A stretch of DNA of 64,000 bases, taken from Eledone cirrhosa (lineage: Eukaryota). The stretch lies in NCBI GenBank assembly GCA_964016885.1, contig OZ024744.1, positions 310,001-374,000 on the forward strand, read 5' to 3'. The notes beneath the pieces are model-generated. The model had not been told where the DNA came from, did not search any database, and worked only from the letters and a program-made list of their open reading frames with translations. How positions within the stretch are numbered: the first letter of the stretch is position 1; each line of letters opens with the position of its first letter. The position numbers and the translations under genes were made by a program. Shown one piece after another: positions 13,190-27,300 of this stretch.

Positions 13190-15130
13190 TTCCCTCAAAA
13201 CTCCGTTCTTCATCAAGCTATCGTTCTCTACTTTGTCTTTCCTCAAAACGTCGTTCTTCACCTAGCTATCTTTCTCTACCTTGTCTTCCCTCAAAACGTC
13301 GTTCGTTCTTCACCAAGCTATCTTTCTCTACCTTGTCTTCCCCCAAAACTTCGTTCTTCACAAGCTATCCTTCTCTACCTTGTCTTCCCTCAAAACTTCG
13401 TTCTTGATCAAGCTATCTTTCTCTACGTTGTCTTCCCTCAAAACTTTGTTCTTCACCAAGCTATCTTTCTCTACCTTGTCTTCCCTCAAAACTTCGTTCT
13501 TCACCAAGCTATCTTTCTCTACCTTGTCTTCCCTCAAAACTTCGTTCTTCACCAAGCTATCTTTCTCCACCTTGTCGTCCCCCAAAACATCGTCCTTCAC
13601 CAAGCTATCTTTCTTTACCTTGTCTTCCCTCAAAACTTCGTTATTCACCAAGCTATCTTTCTCTACCTTGTCTTCCCTCAAAACTTCGTTCTTCACCAAG
13701 CTATCTTTCTCTACCTTGTCTTCCCTCAAAACTTCGTTCTTCACCAAGCTATCTTTCTCTACCTTGTCTTCCCTCAAAACTTCGTTCTTCACCAAGCTAA
13801 CCTTCTCTACCTTGTCTTCCCTCAAAACTTCGTTCTTCATCAAGCTATCTTTCTCTACCTTGTCTTCCCTCAAAACTTCGTTCTTCACCAAGCTATATTT
13901 CTCTACCTTTTTTTCCCCCAAAACTTCGTTCTTCACCAAACTATCTTTCTCTACCTTGTCTTCCCTCAAAACTTCGTTCTTCACCAAGCTATCTTTCTCT
14001 ACCTTGTCTTCCCTCAAAACTCCGTTCTTCAACAAGCTATCGTTCTCTACTTTGTCTTCCCTCAAAACGTCGTTCTTCACCTAGCTATCTTTCTCTACCT
14101 TGTCTTCCCTCAAAACGTCGTTCGTTCTTCACCAAGCTATCTTTCTCTACCTTGTCTTCCCCCAAAACTTCGTTCTTCACAAGCTATTCTTCTCTACCTT
14201 GTCTTCCCTCAAAACTTCGTTCTTGATCAAGCTATCTTTCTCTACGTTGTCTTCCCTCAAAACTTTGTTCTTCACCAAGCTATCTTTCTCTACCTTGTCT
14301 TCCCTCAAAACTTCGTTCTTCACCAAGCTATCTTTCTCTACCTTGTCTTCCCTCAAAACTTCGTTCTTCACCAAGCTATCTTTCTCTACCTTGTCGTCCC
14401 CCAAAACATCGTCCTTCACCAAGCTATCTTTCTTTACCTTGTCTTCCCTCAAAACTTCGTTATTCACCAAGCTATCTTTCTCTACCTTGTCTTCCCTCAA
14501 AACTTCGTTCTTCACCAAGCTATCTTACTCTACCTTGTCTTCCCTCAAAACGTCGTTCTTCACCAAGCTAACTTTCTCTACCTTGTCTTCCCTCAAAACT
14601 TCGTTCTTCATCAAGCTATCTTTCTCTACCTTGTCTTCCCTCAAAACTTCGTTCTTCACCAAGCTATCTTTCTCTACCTTGTCTTCCCTCAAAACTTCGT
14701 TCTTCACCAAGCTATCTTTCTCTACCTTTTTTCCCCCCAAAACTTCGTTCTTCACCAAACTATCTTTCTCTACCTTGTCTTCCCTCAAAACTTCGTTCTT
14801 CACCAAGCTATCTTTCTCTACCTTGTCTTCCCTCAAAACTCCGTTCTTCATCAAGCTATCGTTCTCTACTTTGTCTTCCTTCAATACGTCGTTCTTCACC
14901 TAGCTATCTTTCTCTACCTTGTCTTCCCTCAAAACGTCGTTCGTTCTTCACCAAGCTATCTTTCTCTACCTTGTCTTCCCCCAAAACTTCGTTCTTCACA
15001 AGCTATCCTTCTCTACCTTGTCTTCCCTCAAAACTTCGTTCTTGATCAAGCTATCTTTCTCTACCTTGTCTTCCCTCAAAACTTTGTTCTTCACCAAGCT
15101 ATCTTTCTCTACCTTGTCTTCCCTCAAAAC
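13190..15130. repeat. Tandem higher-order repeat, 819 bp = 17 monomers, just over 2 copies
   Basis: CACCTAG stops end at 13265, 14084 and 14903. CTACGTTG at 13423/14242 and GTCGTCCCCC...CATCGTCC at 13574/14393. 819 = 15x48+52+47. The middle parts of the two copies differ. Confidence 0.82.
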
Positions 15131-18100
15131 TTCGTTCTTCACCAAGCTATCTTTCTCTACCTTGTCTTCCCCCAAAACATCGTTCTTCACCAAGCTATCT
15201 TTCTTTACCTTGTCTTCCCTCAAAACTTCGTTATTCACCAAGCTATCTTTCTCTACCTTGTCTTCCCTCAAAACTTCGTTCTTCACCAAGCTATCTTTCT
15301 CCACCTTGTCTTCCCTCAAAACTTCGTTCTTCACCAAGCTATCTTTCTCCACCTTGTCTTCCCTCAAAACTTCGTTCTTCACCAAGCTATCTTTCTCTAC
15401 ATTGTCTTCCCCCAAAACTTCGTTCTTCATCAAGCTATCTTTCTCTACCTTGTCTTCCCTCAAAACGTCGTTCTTCACCAAGCTATCTTTCTCTACCTTG
15501 TCTTCCCACAAAACTTCGTTCTTCATCAAGCTATCTTTCTCTACCTTGTCTTCCCTCAAAACGTCATTCTTCACCAAGCTATCTTTCTCTACCTTGTCTT
15601 CCCCCAAAACTTCGTTCTTCACCAAGCTATCTTTCTCTACCTTGTCTACCCCCAAAACTTCGTTCTTCACCAAGCTATCTTTCTCTACCTTGTCTTCCCA
15701 CAAAACTTCGTTCTTCACCAAGCTATCTCTCTCTACATTGTCTTCCCACAAAACGTCGTTCTTCACCAAGCTATCTTTCGCTACCTTGTCTTCCCTCAAA
15801 ACGTCGTTCTTCACGAAGCTATCTTTCTCTACCCATTCTTCTCTTAAAACTTCGTTCTTCACCAAGCTCTCTTTCTCTACCTTGTCTTCCCTCAAAACTC
15901 CGTTCTTCACCAAGCTATCTTTCTCTACCCTGTCTTCCCCCAAAACTTCGTTCCTCACCAAGCTATCTTTCTCTACCTTGTCTGCCCTCAAAACTTCGTT
16001 CTTCACCAAGCTATCTTTCTCTACCTTGTCTTCCCTCAAAACTTCGTTCTTCACCAAGCTATCTTTCTCTACCTTGTCTTCCCTCAAAACTTCGTTCTTC
16101 ACCAAGCTATCTTTCCCTACCTTTTTTTCCCCCAAAACTCCGTTCTTCACCAAACTATCTTTCTCTACCTTGTCTTTCCTCAAAACTTCGTTCTTCACCA
16201 AGCTATCTTTCTCTATCTTGTCTTCCCTCAAAACTCCGTTCTTCATCAAGCTATCGTTCTCTACTTTGTCTTCCCTCGAAACGTCGTTCTTCACCAAGCT
16301 ATCTTTCTCTACCTTGTCTTCCCTCAAAACTTCGTTCGTTCTTCACCAAGCTATCTTTCTCTACCTTGTCTTCCCCCAAAACTTCGTTCTTCACAAGCTA
16401 TCCTTCTCTACATTGTCTTCCCTCAAAACTTCGTTCTTCACCAAGCTATCTTTCTCTACCTTGTCTTCCCTCAAAACTTCGTTCTTGATCAAGCTATCTT
16501 TCTATTCCTTGTCTTCCCTCAAAACTTCGTTCTTCACCAAGCTATCTTTCTCTACTTTGTCTTCCCTCAAAACATCGTTTGTTCTTCATCAAGCTATCTT
16601 TCTCTACCTTGTCTTCCCTCAAGACTTCGTTCGTCACCAAGCTATCTTTCTCTACATTGTCTTCCCCCAAAACTTCGTTCTTCATCAAGCTATCTTTCTC
16701 TACCTTGTCTTCCCTCAAAACGTCGTTCTTCACCAAGCTATCTTTCTCTACCTTGTCTTCCCACAAAACTTCGTTCTTCATCAAGCTATCTTTCTCTACC
16801 GTGTCTTCCCTCAAAACGTCGTTCTTCACCAAGCTATCTTTCTCTACCTTGCCTTCCCCCAAAACTTCGTTCTTCACCAAGCTATCTTTCTCTACCTTGT
16901 CTACCCCCAAAACTTCGTTCTTCACCAAGCTATCTTTCTCTACCTTGTCTTCCCACAAAACTTCGTTCTTCACCAAGCTATCTCTCTCTACCTTGTCTTC
17001 CCACAAAACGTCGTTCTTCACCAAGCTATCTTTCGCTACCTTGTCTTCCCTCAAAACGTCGTTCTTCACCAAGCTATCTTTCTCTACCCATTCTTCTCTT
17101 AAAACTTCGTTCTTCACCAAGCTCTCTTTCTCTACCTTGTCTTCCCACAAAACGTCGTTCTTCACCAAGCTATCTTTCTCTACCCTGTCTTCCCCCAAAA
17201 CTTCGTTCCTCACCAAGCTATCTTTCTCTACCTTGTCTTCCCTCAAAACTTCGTTCTTCACCAAGCTATCTTTCTCTACCTTGTCTTCCCTCAACACTTC
17301 GTTCTTCACCAAGCTATCTTTCTCTACCTTGTCTTCCCTCAAAACTTCGTTCTTCACCAAGCTATCTTTCCCTACCTTTTTTCCCCCCAAAACTCCGTTC
17401 TTCACCAAACTATCTTTCTCTACCTTGTCTTTCCTCAAAACTTCGTTCTTCACCAAGCTATCTTTCTCTATCTTGTCTTCCCTCAAAACTCCGTTCTTCA
17501 TCAAGCTATCGTTCTCTACTTTGTCTTCCCTCGAAACGTCGTTCTTCACCAAGCTATCTTTCTCTACCTTGTCTTCCCTCAAAACTTCGTTCGTTCTTCA
17601 CCAAGCTATCTTTCTCTACCTTGTCTTCCCCCAAAACTTCGTTCTTCACAAGCTATCCTTCTCTACCTTGTCTTCCCTCAAAACTTCGTTCTTCACCAAG
17701 CTATCTTTCTCTACCTTGTCTTCCCTCAAAACTTCGTTCTTGATCAAGCTATCTTTCTATTCCTTGTCTTCCCTCAAAACTTCGTTCTTCACCAAGCTAT
17801 CTTTCTCTACTTTGTCTTCCCTCAAAACATCGTTCGTTCTTCATCAAGCTATCTTTCTCTACCTTGTCTTCCCTCAAGACTTCGTTCGTCACCAAGCTAT
17901 CTTTCTCTACATTGTCTTCCCCCAAAACTTCGTTCTTCATCAAGCTATCTTTCTCTACCTTGTCTTCCCTCAAAACGTCGTTCTTCACCAAGCTATCTTT
18001 CTCTACCTTGTCTTCCCACAAAACGTCGTTCTTCACCAAGCTATCTTTCCCTACCTTGTCTTCCCTCAAAACGTCGTTCTTCACCAAGCTATCTTTCTCT

Positions 18101-20379
18101 CACCCATTCTTCTCTCAAAACTTCGTTCTTCACCAAGCTCTCTTTCTCTACCTTGTCTTCCCTCAAAACTTCGTTCTTCACCAGGCTATCTTTCTCAACC
18201 CTGTCTTCCCCCAAAACTTCGTTCCTCACCAAGCTATCTTTCTCTACCTTGTCTTCCCTCAAAACTTCGTTCTTCACCAAGCTATCTTTCTCTACCTTTT
18301 TTCCCCCAAAACTCCGTTCTTCACCAAACTATCTTTCTCTACCTTGTCTTCCCTCAAAACTTCGTTCTTCACCAAGCTATCTTTCTCTATCTTGTCTTCC
18401 CTCAAAACTCCGTTCTTCATCAAGCTATCGTTCTCTACTTTGTCTTCCCTCGAAACGTCGTTCGTCACCAAGCTATCTTTCTCTACCTTGTCTTCCCTCA
18501 AAACTTCGTTCTTCACCAAGCTATCTTTCTCTATCTTGTCTTCCCTCAAAACTCCGTTCTTCATCAAGCTATCTTTCTCTACCTTGTCTTCCCCCAAAAC
18601 TTCGTTCTTCACAAGCTATCCTTCTCTACCTTGTCTTCCCTCAAAACTTCGTTCTTCACTAAGCTATCTTTCTCTACCTTGTCTTCCCTCAAAACTTCGT
18701 TCTTGATCAAGCTATCTTTCTATACCTTGTCTTCCATCAACACTTCGTTCTTCACCAAGCTATCTTTCTCTACCTTGTCTTCCCTCAAAACTTCGTTCTT
18801 CACCAAGCTATCTTTCTCTATCTTGTCTTCCCTCAAAACTCCGTTCTTCATCAAGCTATCGTTCTCTACTTTGTCTTCCCTCAAAACGTCGTTCTTCACC
18901 AAGCTATCTTTCTCTACCTTGTCTTCCCTCAAAACTTCGTTCGTTCTTCACCAAGCTATCTTTCTCTACCTTGTCTTCCCCCAAAACTTCGTTCTTCTCA
19001 AGCTATCCTTCTCTACTTTGTCTTCCCTCAAAACCTCGTTCTTCACCAAGCTATCTTTCTCTACCTTGTCTTCCCTCAACACTTCGTTCGTTCTTCACCA
19101 AGCTATCTTTCTCTACCTTGTCTTCCCCCAAAACTACGTTCTTCACAAGCTATCTTTCTCTACCTTGTCTTCCCTCAAAACTTCGTTTTTCACCAAGCTA
19201 TCTTTCTGTACCTTGTCTTCCCTCAAAATTTCGTTCTTCACCAAGCTATCTTTCTCTACCTTGTCTTCCCTCAAAACTTCGTTCTTCACCAAGCTATCTT
19301 TCTCTACCTTGTCTTCCCTCAAAACTTCGTTCTTCACCAAGCTAACTTTCTCTACCTTGTCTTCCCTCGAAACTTCGTTCTTCATCAAGCTATCTTTCTC
19401 TACCTTGTCTTCCCTCAAAACTTCGTTCTTCACCAAGCTATCTTTCTCTACCTTGTCTTCCCTCAAAACTTCGTTCTTCACCAAGCTATCTTTCTCTACC
19501 TTGTCTTCCCTCAAAACTTCGTTCTTCACCAAGCTAACTTTCTCTACCTTGTCTTCCCTCAAAACTTCGTTCTTCATCAAGCTATCTTTCTCTACCTTGT
19601 CTTCCCTCAAAACTTCGTTCTTCACCAAGCTATCTTTCTCTACCTTGTCTTCCCTCAAAACTTCGTTCTTCACCAAGCTATCTTTCTCTACCTTTTTTCC
19701 CCCCAAAACTTCGTTCTTCACCAAACTATCTTTCTCTACCTTGTCTTCCCTCAAAACTCCGTTCTTCATCAAGCTATCGTTCTCTACTTTGTCTTTCCTT
19801 AAAACGTCGTTCTTCACCTAGCTATCTTTCTCTACCTTGTCTTCCCTCAAAACGTCGTTCGTTCTTCACCAAGCTATCTTTCTCTACCTTGTCTTCCCCC
19901 AAAACTTCGTTCTTCACAAGCTATCCTTCTCTACCTTGTCTTCCCTCAAAACTTCGTTCTTGATCAAGCTATCTTTCTCTACCTTGTATTCCCTCAAAAC
20001 TTTGTTCTTCACCAAGCTATCTTTCTCTACCTTGTCTTCCCTCAAAACTTCGTTCTTCACCAAGCTATCTTTCTCTACCTTGTCTTCCCTCAAAACTTCG
20101 TTCTTCACCAAGCTATCTTTCTCTACCTTGTCGTCCCCCAAAACATCGTTCTTCACCAAGCTATCTTTCTTTACCTTGTCTTCCCTCAAAACTTCGTTAT
20201 TCACCAAGCTATCTTTCTCTACCTTGTCTTCCCACAAAACTTCGTTCTTCATCAAGCTATCTTTCTCTACCTTGTCTTCCCTCAAGACTTCGTTCGTCAC
20301 CAAGCTATCTTTCTCTACATTGTCTTCCCCCAAAACTTCGTTCTTCACCAAGCTATCTTTCTCTATCTTGTCTTCCCTC

Positions 20380-23300
20380 AAAACTCCGTTCTTCATCAAG
20401 CTATCGTTCTCTACTTTGTCTTCCCTCGAAACGTCGTTCGTCACCAAGCTATCTTTCTCTACCTTGTCTTCCCTCAAAACTTCGTTCGTTCTTCACCAAG
20501 CTATCTTTCTCTACCTTGTCTTCCCCCAAAACTTCGTTCTTCACAAGCTATCCTTCTCTACCTTGTCTTCCCTCAAAACTTCGTTCTTGATCAAGCTATC
20601 TTTCTCTACCTTGTCTTCCCTCAAAACTTCGTTCTTGATCAAGCTATCTTTCTATACCTTGTCTTCCATCAAAACTTCGTTCTTCACCAAGCTATCTTTC
20701 TCTACCTTGTCTTCCCTCAAAACTTCGTTCTTCACCAAGCTATCTTTCTCTATCTTGTCTTCCCTCAAAACTCCGTTCTTCATCAAGCTATCGTTCTCTA
20801 CTTTGTCTTCCCTCAAAACGTCGTTCTTCACCAAGCTATCTTTCTCTACCTTGTCTTCCCTCAACACTTCGTTCGTTCTTCACCAAGCTATCTTTCTCTA
20901 CCTTGTCTTCCCCCAAAACTACGTTCTTCACGAGCTATCTTTCTCTACCTTGTCATCCCTCAAAACTTCGTTCTTCACCAAGCTATCTTTCTCTACCTTG
21001 TCTTCCCTCAAAACTTCGTTCTTCATCAAGCTATCTTTCTCTACCTTGTCTTCCCTCAAAACTTCGTTCTTCACCAAGCTATCTTTCTCTACCTTGTCTT
21101 CCCTCAAAACTTCGTTCTTCACCAAGCTATCTTTCTCTACCTTTTTTCCCCCCAAAACTTCGTTCTTCACCAAACTATCTTTCTCTACCTTGTCTTCCCT
21201 CAAAACTCCGTTCTTCATCAAGCTATCGTTCTCTACTTTGTCTTCCCTCAAAACGTCGTTCTTCACCTAGCTATCTTTCTCTACCTTGTCTTCCCTCAAC
21301 ACGTCGTTCGTTCTTCACCAAGCTATCTTTCTCTACCTTGTCTTCCCCCAAAACTTCGTTCTTCACAAGCTATCCTTCTCTACCTTGTCTTCCCTCAAAA
21401 CTTCGTTCTTGATCAAGCTATCTTTCTCTACCATGTCTTCCCTCAAAACTTCGTTCTTCACCAAGCTATCTTTCTCTACCTTGTCTTCCCTCAAAACTTC
21501 GTTCTTCACCAAGCTATCTTTCTCTACCTTGTCGTCCCCCAAAACATCGTTCTTCACCAAGCTATCTTTCTTTACCTTGTCTTCCCTCAAAACTTCGTTA
21601 TTCACCAAGCTATCTTTCTCTACCTTGTCTTCCCTCAACACTTCGTTCTTCACCAAGCTATCTTTCTCTACCTTGTCTTCCCTCAAAACTTCGTTATTCA
21701 CCAAGCTATCTTTCTCTACCTTGCCTTCCTGCAAAACTTCGTTCTTCATCAAGCTATCTTTCTCTACTTTGTCTTCCCTCAAAACATCGTTCGTTCTTCA
21801 TCAAGCTATCTTTCTCTACCTTGTCTTCCCTCAAGACTTCGTTCGTCACCAAGCTATCTTTCTCTACATTGTCTTCCCCCAAAACTTCGTTCTTCATCAA
21901 GCTATCTTTCTCTACCTTGTCTTCCCTCAAAACGTCGTTCTTCACCAAGCTATCTTTCTCTACCTTGTCTTCCCACAAAACTTCGTTCTTCATCAAGCTA
22001 TCTTTCTCTACCTTGTCTTCCCTCAAAACGTCGTTCTTCACCAAGCTATCTTTCTCTACCTTGTCTTCCCCCAAAACTTCGTTCTTCACCAAGCTATCTT
22101 TCTCTACCTTGTCTACCCCCAAAACTTCGTTCTTCACCAAGCTATCTTTCGCTACCTTGTCTTCCCTCAAAACGTCGTTCTTCACCAAGCTATCTTTCTC
22201 TACCCATTCTTCTCTTAAAACTTCGTTCTTCACCAAGCTATCTTTCTCTACTTTGTCTTCCCTCAAAACTCCGTTCTTCATCAAGCTATCGTTCTCTACT
22301 TTGTCTTCCCTCGAAACGTCGTTCGTCACCAAGCTATCTTTCTCTACCTTGTCTTCCCTCAAAACTTCGTTCGTTCTTCACCAAGCTATCTTTCTCTACC
22401 TTGTCTTCCCCCAAAACTTCGTTCTTCACAAGCTATCCTTCTCTACCTTGTCTTCCCTCAAAACTTCGTTCTTGATCAAGCTATCTTTCTCTACCTTGTC
22501 TTCCCTCAAAACTTCGTTCTTGATCAAGCTATCTTTCTATACCTTGTCTTCCATCAAAACTTCGTTCTTCACCAAGCTATCTTTCTCTACCTTGTCTTCC
22601 CTCAAAACTTCGTTCTTCACCAAGCTATCTTTCTCTATCTTGTCTTCCCTCAAAACTCCGTTCTTCATCAAGCTATCGTTCTCTACTTTGTCTTCCCTCA
22701 AAACGTCGTTCTTCACCAAGCTATCTTTCTCTACCTTGTCTTCCCTCAACACTTCGTTCGTTCTTCACCAAGCTATCTTTCTCTACCTTGTCTTCCCCCA
22801 AAACTACGTTCTTCACGAGCTATCTTTCTCTACCTTGTCTTCCCTCAAAACTTCGTTCTTCACCAAGCTATCTTTCTCTACCTTGTCTTCCCTCAAAACT
22901 TCGTTCTTCATCAAGCTATCTTTCTCTACCTTGTCTTCCCTCAAAACTTCGTTCTTCACCAAGCTATCTTTCTCTACCTTGTCTTCCCTCAAAACTTCGT
23001 TCTTCACCAAGCTATCTTTCTCTACCTTTTTTCCCCCCAAAACTTCGTTCTTCACCAAACTATCTTTCTCTACCTTGTCTTCCCTCAAAACTCCGTTCTT
23101 CATCAAGCTATCGTTCTCTACTTTGTCTTCCCTCAAAACGTCGTTCTTCACCTAGCTATCTTTCTCTACCTTGTCTTCCCTCAAAACGTCGTTCGTTCTT
23201 CACCAAGCTATCTTTCTCTACCTTGTCTTCCCCCAAAACTTCGTTCTTCACAAGCTATCCTTCTCTACCTTGTCTTCCCTCAAAACTTCGTTCTTGATCA

Positions 23301-24230
23301 AGCTATCTTTCTCTACCATGTCTTCCCTCAAAACTTCGTTCTTCACCAAGCTATCTTTCTCTACCTTGTCTTCCCTCAAAACTTCGTTCTTCACCAAGCT
23401 ATCTTTCTCTACCTTGTCGTCCCCCAAAACATCGTTCTTCACCAAGCTATCTTTCTTTACCTTGTCTTCCCTCAAAACTTCGTTATTCACCAAGCTATCT
23501 TTCTCTACCTTGTCTTCCCTCAACACTTCGTTCTTCACCAAGCTATCTTTCTCTACCTTGTCTTCCCTCAAAACTTCGTTCTTCACCAAGCTATCTTTCT
23601 CTACCTTGTCTTCCCCCAGAACATCGTTCTTCACCAAGCTATCTTTCTCTACCTTGTCTTCCCTCAAAACTTCGTTATTCACCAAGCTATCTTTCTCTAC
23701 CTTGCCTTCCTGCAAAACTTCGTTCTTCATCAAGCTATCTTTCTCTACTTTGTCTTCCCTCAAAACATCGTTCGTTCTTCATCAAGCTATCTTTCTCTAC
23801 CTTGTCTTCCCTCAAGACTTCGTTCGTCACCAAGCTATCTTTCTCTACATTGTCTTCCCCCAAAACTTCGTTCTTCATCAAGCTATCTTTCTCTACCTTG
23901 TCTTCCCTCAAAACGTCGTTCTTCACCAAGCTATCTTTCTCTACCTTGTCTTCCCACAAAACTTCGTTCTTCATCAAGCTATCTTTCTCTACCTTGTCTT
24001 CCCTCAAAACGTCGTTCTTCACCAAGCTATCTTTCTCTACCTTGTCTTCCCCCAAAACTTCGTTCTTCACCAAGCTATCTTTCTCTACCTTGTCTACCCC
24101 CAAAACTTCGTTCTTCACCAAGCTATCTTTCGCTACCTTGTCTTCCCTCAAAACGTCGTTCTTCACCAAGCTATCTTTCTCTACCCATTCTTCTCTTAAA
24201 ACTTCGTTCTTCACCAAGCTATCTTTCTCT
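20380..24230. repeat. Tandem higher-order repeat, 1885 bp = 39 monomers, 2 copies (second copy has 2 extra monomers, so offset becomes 1981)
   Basis: Private variants CACGAGC (20929/22814) and CCATGTC (21431/23316). ORF pairs 20652/22537 and 21286/23171 (1885), then 21821/23802 (1981). Confidence 0.9.
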
Positions 24231-24399
24231 ACCTTGTCTTCCCTCAAAACTTCGTTCTTGATCAAGCTATCTTTCTCTACCTTGTCTTCCCTCAAAACTT
24301 CGTTCTTCACCAAGCTATCTTTCTCTATCTTGTCTTCCCTCAAAACTCCGTTCTTCATCAAGCTATCGTTCTCTACTTTGTCTTCCCTCAAAACGTCGT

Positions 24400-27300
24400 T
24401 CTTCACCAAGCTATCTTTCTCTACCTTGTCTTCCCTCAAAACTTCGTTCGTTCTTCACCAAGCTATCTTTCTCTACCTTGTCTTCCCTCAAAACTTCGTT
24501 ATTCACCAAGCTATCTTTCTCTACCTTGTCTTCCCTCAAAACTTCGTTCTTCACCAAGCTATCTTTCTCTACCTTGTCTTCCCTCAAAACTTCGTTCTTC
24601 ACCAAGCTATCTTTCTCTACCTTGTCTTCCCCCAGAACATCGTTCTTCACCAAGCTATCTTTCTCTACCTTGTCTTCCCTCAAAACTTCGTTATTCACCA
24701 AGCTATCTTTCTCTACCTTGCCTTCCTGCAAAACTTCGTTCTTCATCAAGCTATCTTTCTCTACTTTGTCTTCCCTCAAAACATCGTTCGTTCTTCATCA
24801 AGCTATCTTTCTCTACCTTGTCTTCCCTCAAGACTTCGTTCGTCACCAAGCTATCTTTCTCTACATTGTCTTCCCCCAAAACTTCGTTCTTCATCAAGCT
24901 ATCTTTCTCTACCTTGTCTTCCCTCAAAACGTCGTTCTTAACCAAGCTATCTTTCTCTACCTTGTCTTCCCACAAAACTTCGTTCTTCATCAAGCTATCT
25001 TTCTCTACCTTGTCTTCCCCCAAAACTTCGTTCTTCACCAAGCTATCTTTCTCTACCTTGTCTACCCCAAAAACTTCGTTCTTCACCAAGCTATCTTTCT
25101 CTACCCTGTCTTCCCCCAAAACTTCGTTCCTCACCAAGCTATCTTTCTCTACCTTGTCTTCCCTCAAAACTTCGTTCTTCACCCAGCTATCTTTCTCTAC
25201 CTTGTCTTCCCTCAAAATTTCGTTCTTCACCAAGCTATCTTTCTCTACCTTGTCTTCCCTCAAAACTTCGTTCTTCACCAAGCTATCTTTCCCTACCTTT
25301 TTTTCCCCCAAAACTCCGTTCTTCACCAAACTATCTTTCTCTACCTTGTCTTTCCTCAAAACTTCGTTCTTCACCAAGCTATCTTTCTCTATCTTGTCTT
25401 CCCTCAAAACTCCGTTCTTCATCAAGCTATCGTTCTCTACTTTGTCTTCCCTCGAAACGTCGTTCTTCACCAAGCTATCTTTCTCTACCTTGTCTTCCCT
25501 CAAAACTTCGTTCGTTCTTCACCAAGCTATCTTTCTCTACCTTGTCTTCCCCCAAAACTTCGTTCTTCACAAGCTATCCTTCTCTACCTTGTCTTCCCTC
25601 AAAACTTCGTTCTTCACCAAGCTATCTTTCTCTACCTTGTCTTCCCTCAAAACTTCGTTCTTGATCAAGCTATCTTTCTATTCCTTGTCTTCCCTCAAAA
25701 CTTCGTTCTTCACCAAGCTATCTTTCTCTACTTTGTCTTCCCTCAAAACATCGTTCGTTCTTCATCAAGCTATCTTTCTCTATCTTGTCTTCCCTCAAGA
25801 CTTCGTTCGTCACCAAGCTATCTTTCTCTACATTGTCTTCCCCCAAAACTTCGTTCTTCATCAAGCTATCTTTCTCTACCTTGTCTTCCCACAAAACGTC
25901 GTTCTTCACCAAGCTATCTTTCCCTACCTTGTCTTCCCTCAAAACGTCGTTCTTCACCAAGCTATCTTTCTCTACCCATTCTTCTCTCAAAACTTCGTTC
26001 TTCACCAAGCTCTCTTTCTCTACCTTGTCTTCCCTCAAAACTTCGTTCTTCACCAGGCTATCTTTCTCAACCCTGTCTTCCCCCAAAACATCGTTCCTCA
26101 CCAAGCTATCTTTCTCTACCTTGTCTTCCCTCAAAACTTCGTTCTTCACCAAGTTATCTTTCTCTACCTTTTTTTCCCCCAAAACTCCGTTCTTCACCAA
26201 ACTATCTTTCTCTACCTTGTCTTCCCTCAAAACTTCGTTCTTCACCAAGCTATCTTTCTATATCTTGTCTTCCCTCAAAACTCCGTTCTTCATCAAGCTA
26301 TCGTTCTCTACTTTGTCTTCCCTCGAAACGTCGTTCGTCACCAAGCTATCTTTCTCTACCTTGTCTTCCCTCAAAACTTCGTTCGTTCTTCACCAAGCTA
26401 TCTATCTCTAACTTGTCTTCCCCCAAAACTTCGTTCTTCACAAGCTATCCTTCTCAACCTTGTCTTCCCTCAAAACTTCGTTCTTCACCAAGCTATCTTT
26501 CTCTACCTTGTCTTCCCTCAAAACTTCGTTCTTGATCAAGCTATCTTTCTATACCTTGTCTTCCATCAAAACTTCGTTCTTCACCAAGCTATCTTTCTCT
26601 ACCTTGTCTTCCCTCAAAACTTCGTTCTTCACCAAGCTATCTTTCTGTATCTTGTCTTCCCTCAAAACTCCGTTCTTCATCAAGCTATCGTTCTCTACTT
26701 TGTCTTCCCTCAAAACGTCGTTCTTCACCAAGCTATCTTTCTCTACGTTGTCTTCCCTCAAAACTTCGTTCGTTCTTCACCAAGCTATCTTTCTCTACCT
26801 TGTCTTCCCTCAAAACTTCGTTATTCACCAAGCTATCTTTCTCTACCTTGTCTTCCCTCAAAACTTCGTTCTTCACCAAGCTATCTTTCTCACCCTTGTC
26901 TTCCCTCAAAACTTCGTTCTTCACCAAGCTATCTTTCTCTACCTTGTCTTCCCCCAGAACATCGTTCTTCACCAAGCTATCTTTCTCTACCTTGTCTTCC
27001 CTCAAAACTTCGTTATTCACCAAGCTATCTTTCTCTACCTTGCCTTCCTGCAAAATTTCGTTCTTCATCAAGCTATCTTTCTCTACTTTGTCTTCCCTCA
27101 AAACATCGTTCGTTCTTCATCAAGCTATCTTTCTCTACCTTGTCTTCCCTCAAGACTTCGTTCGTCACCAAGCTATCTTTCTCTACATTGCCTTCCCCCA
27201 AAACTTCGTTCTTCATCAAGCTATCTTTCTCTACCTTGTCTTCCCTCAAAACGTCGTTCTTAACCAAGCTATCTTTCTCTACCTTGTCTTCCCACAAAAC

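Larger units (their letters stand above)
6250..19600. repeat. Long block duplication, offset 8878/8877 bp (about 6250-10680 vs about 15130-19600)
   Basis: Shared private variants AACGTCATT (6682/15560), CACGAAG (6934/15812), a 49-bp monomer CTCTCACCCATT (about 9220/18098) and CACTAAG (9780/18657). ORF pairs 7664/16542, 8919/17797 and 9843/18720. Confidence 0.88.

Noticed and set aside
14996-16327. Minus-strand VKNEVLREDKVEKDSL ORFs as a giant repetitive protein gene
   Set aside because: The frame is broken by stops and frameshifts every 0.2-1.3 kb and has no unique N- or C-terminus in the window. It is kept only as a hypothesis about origin.
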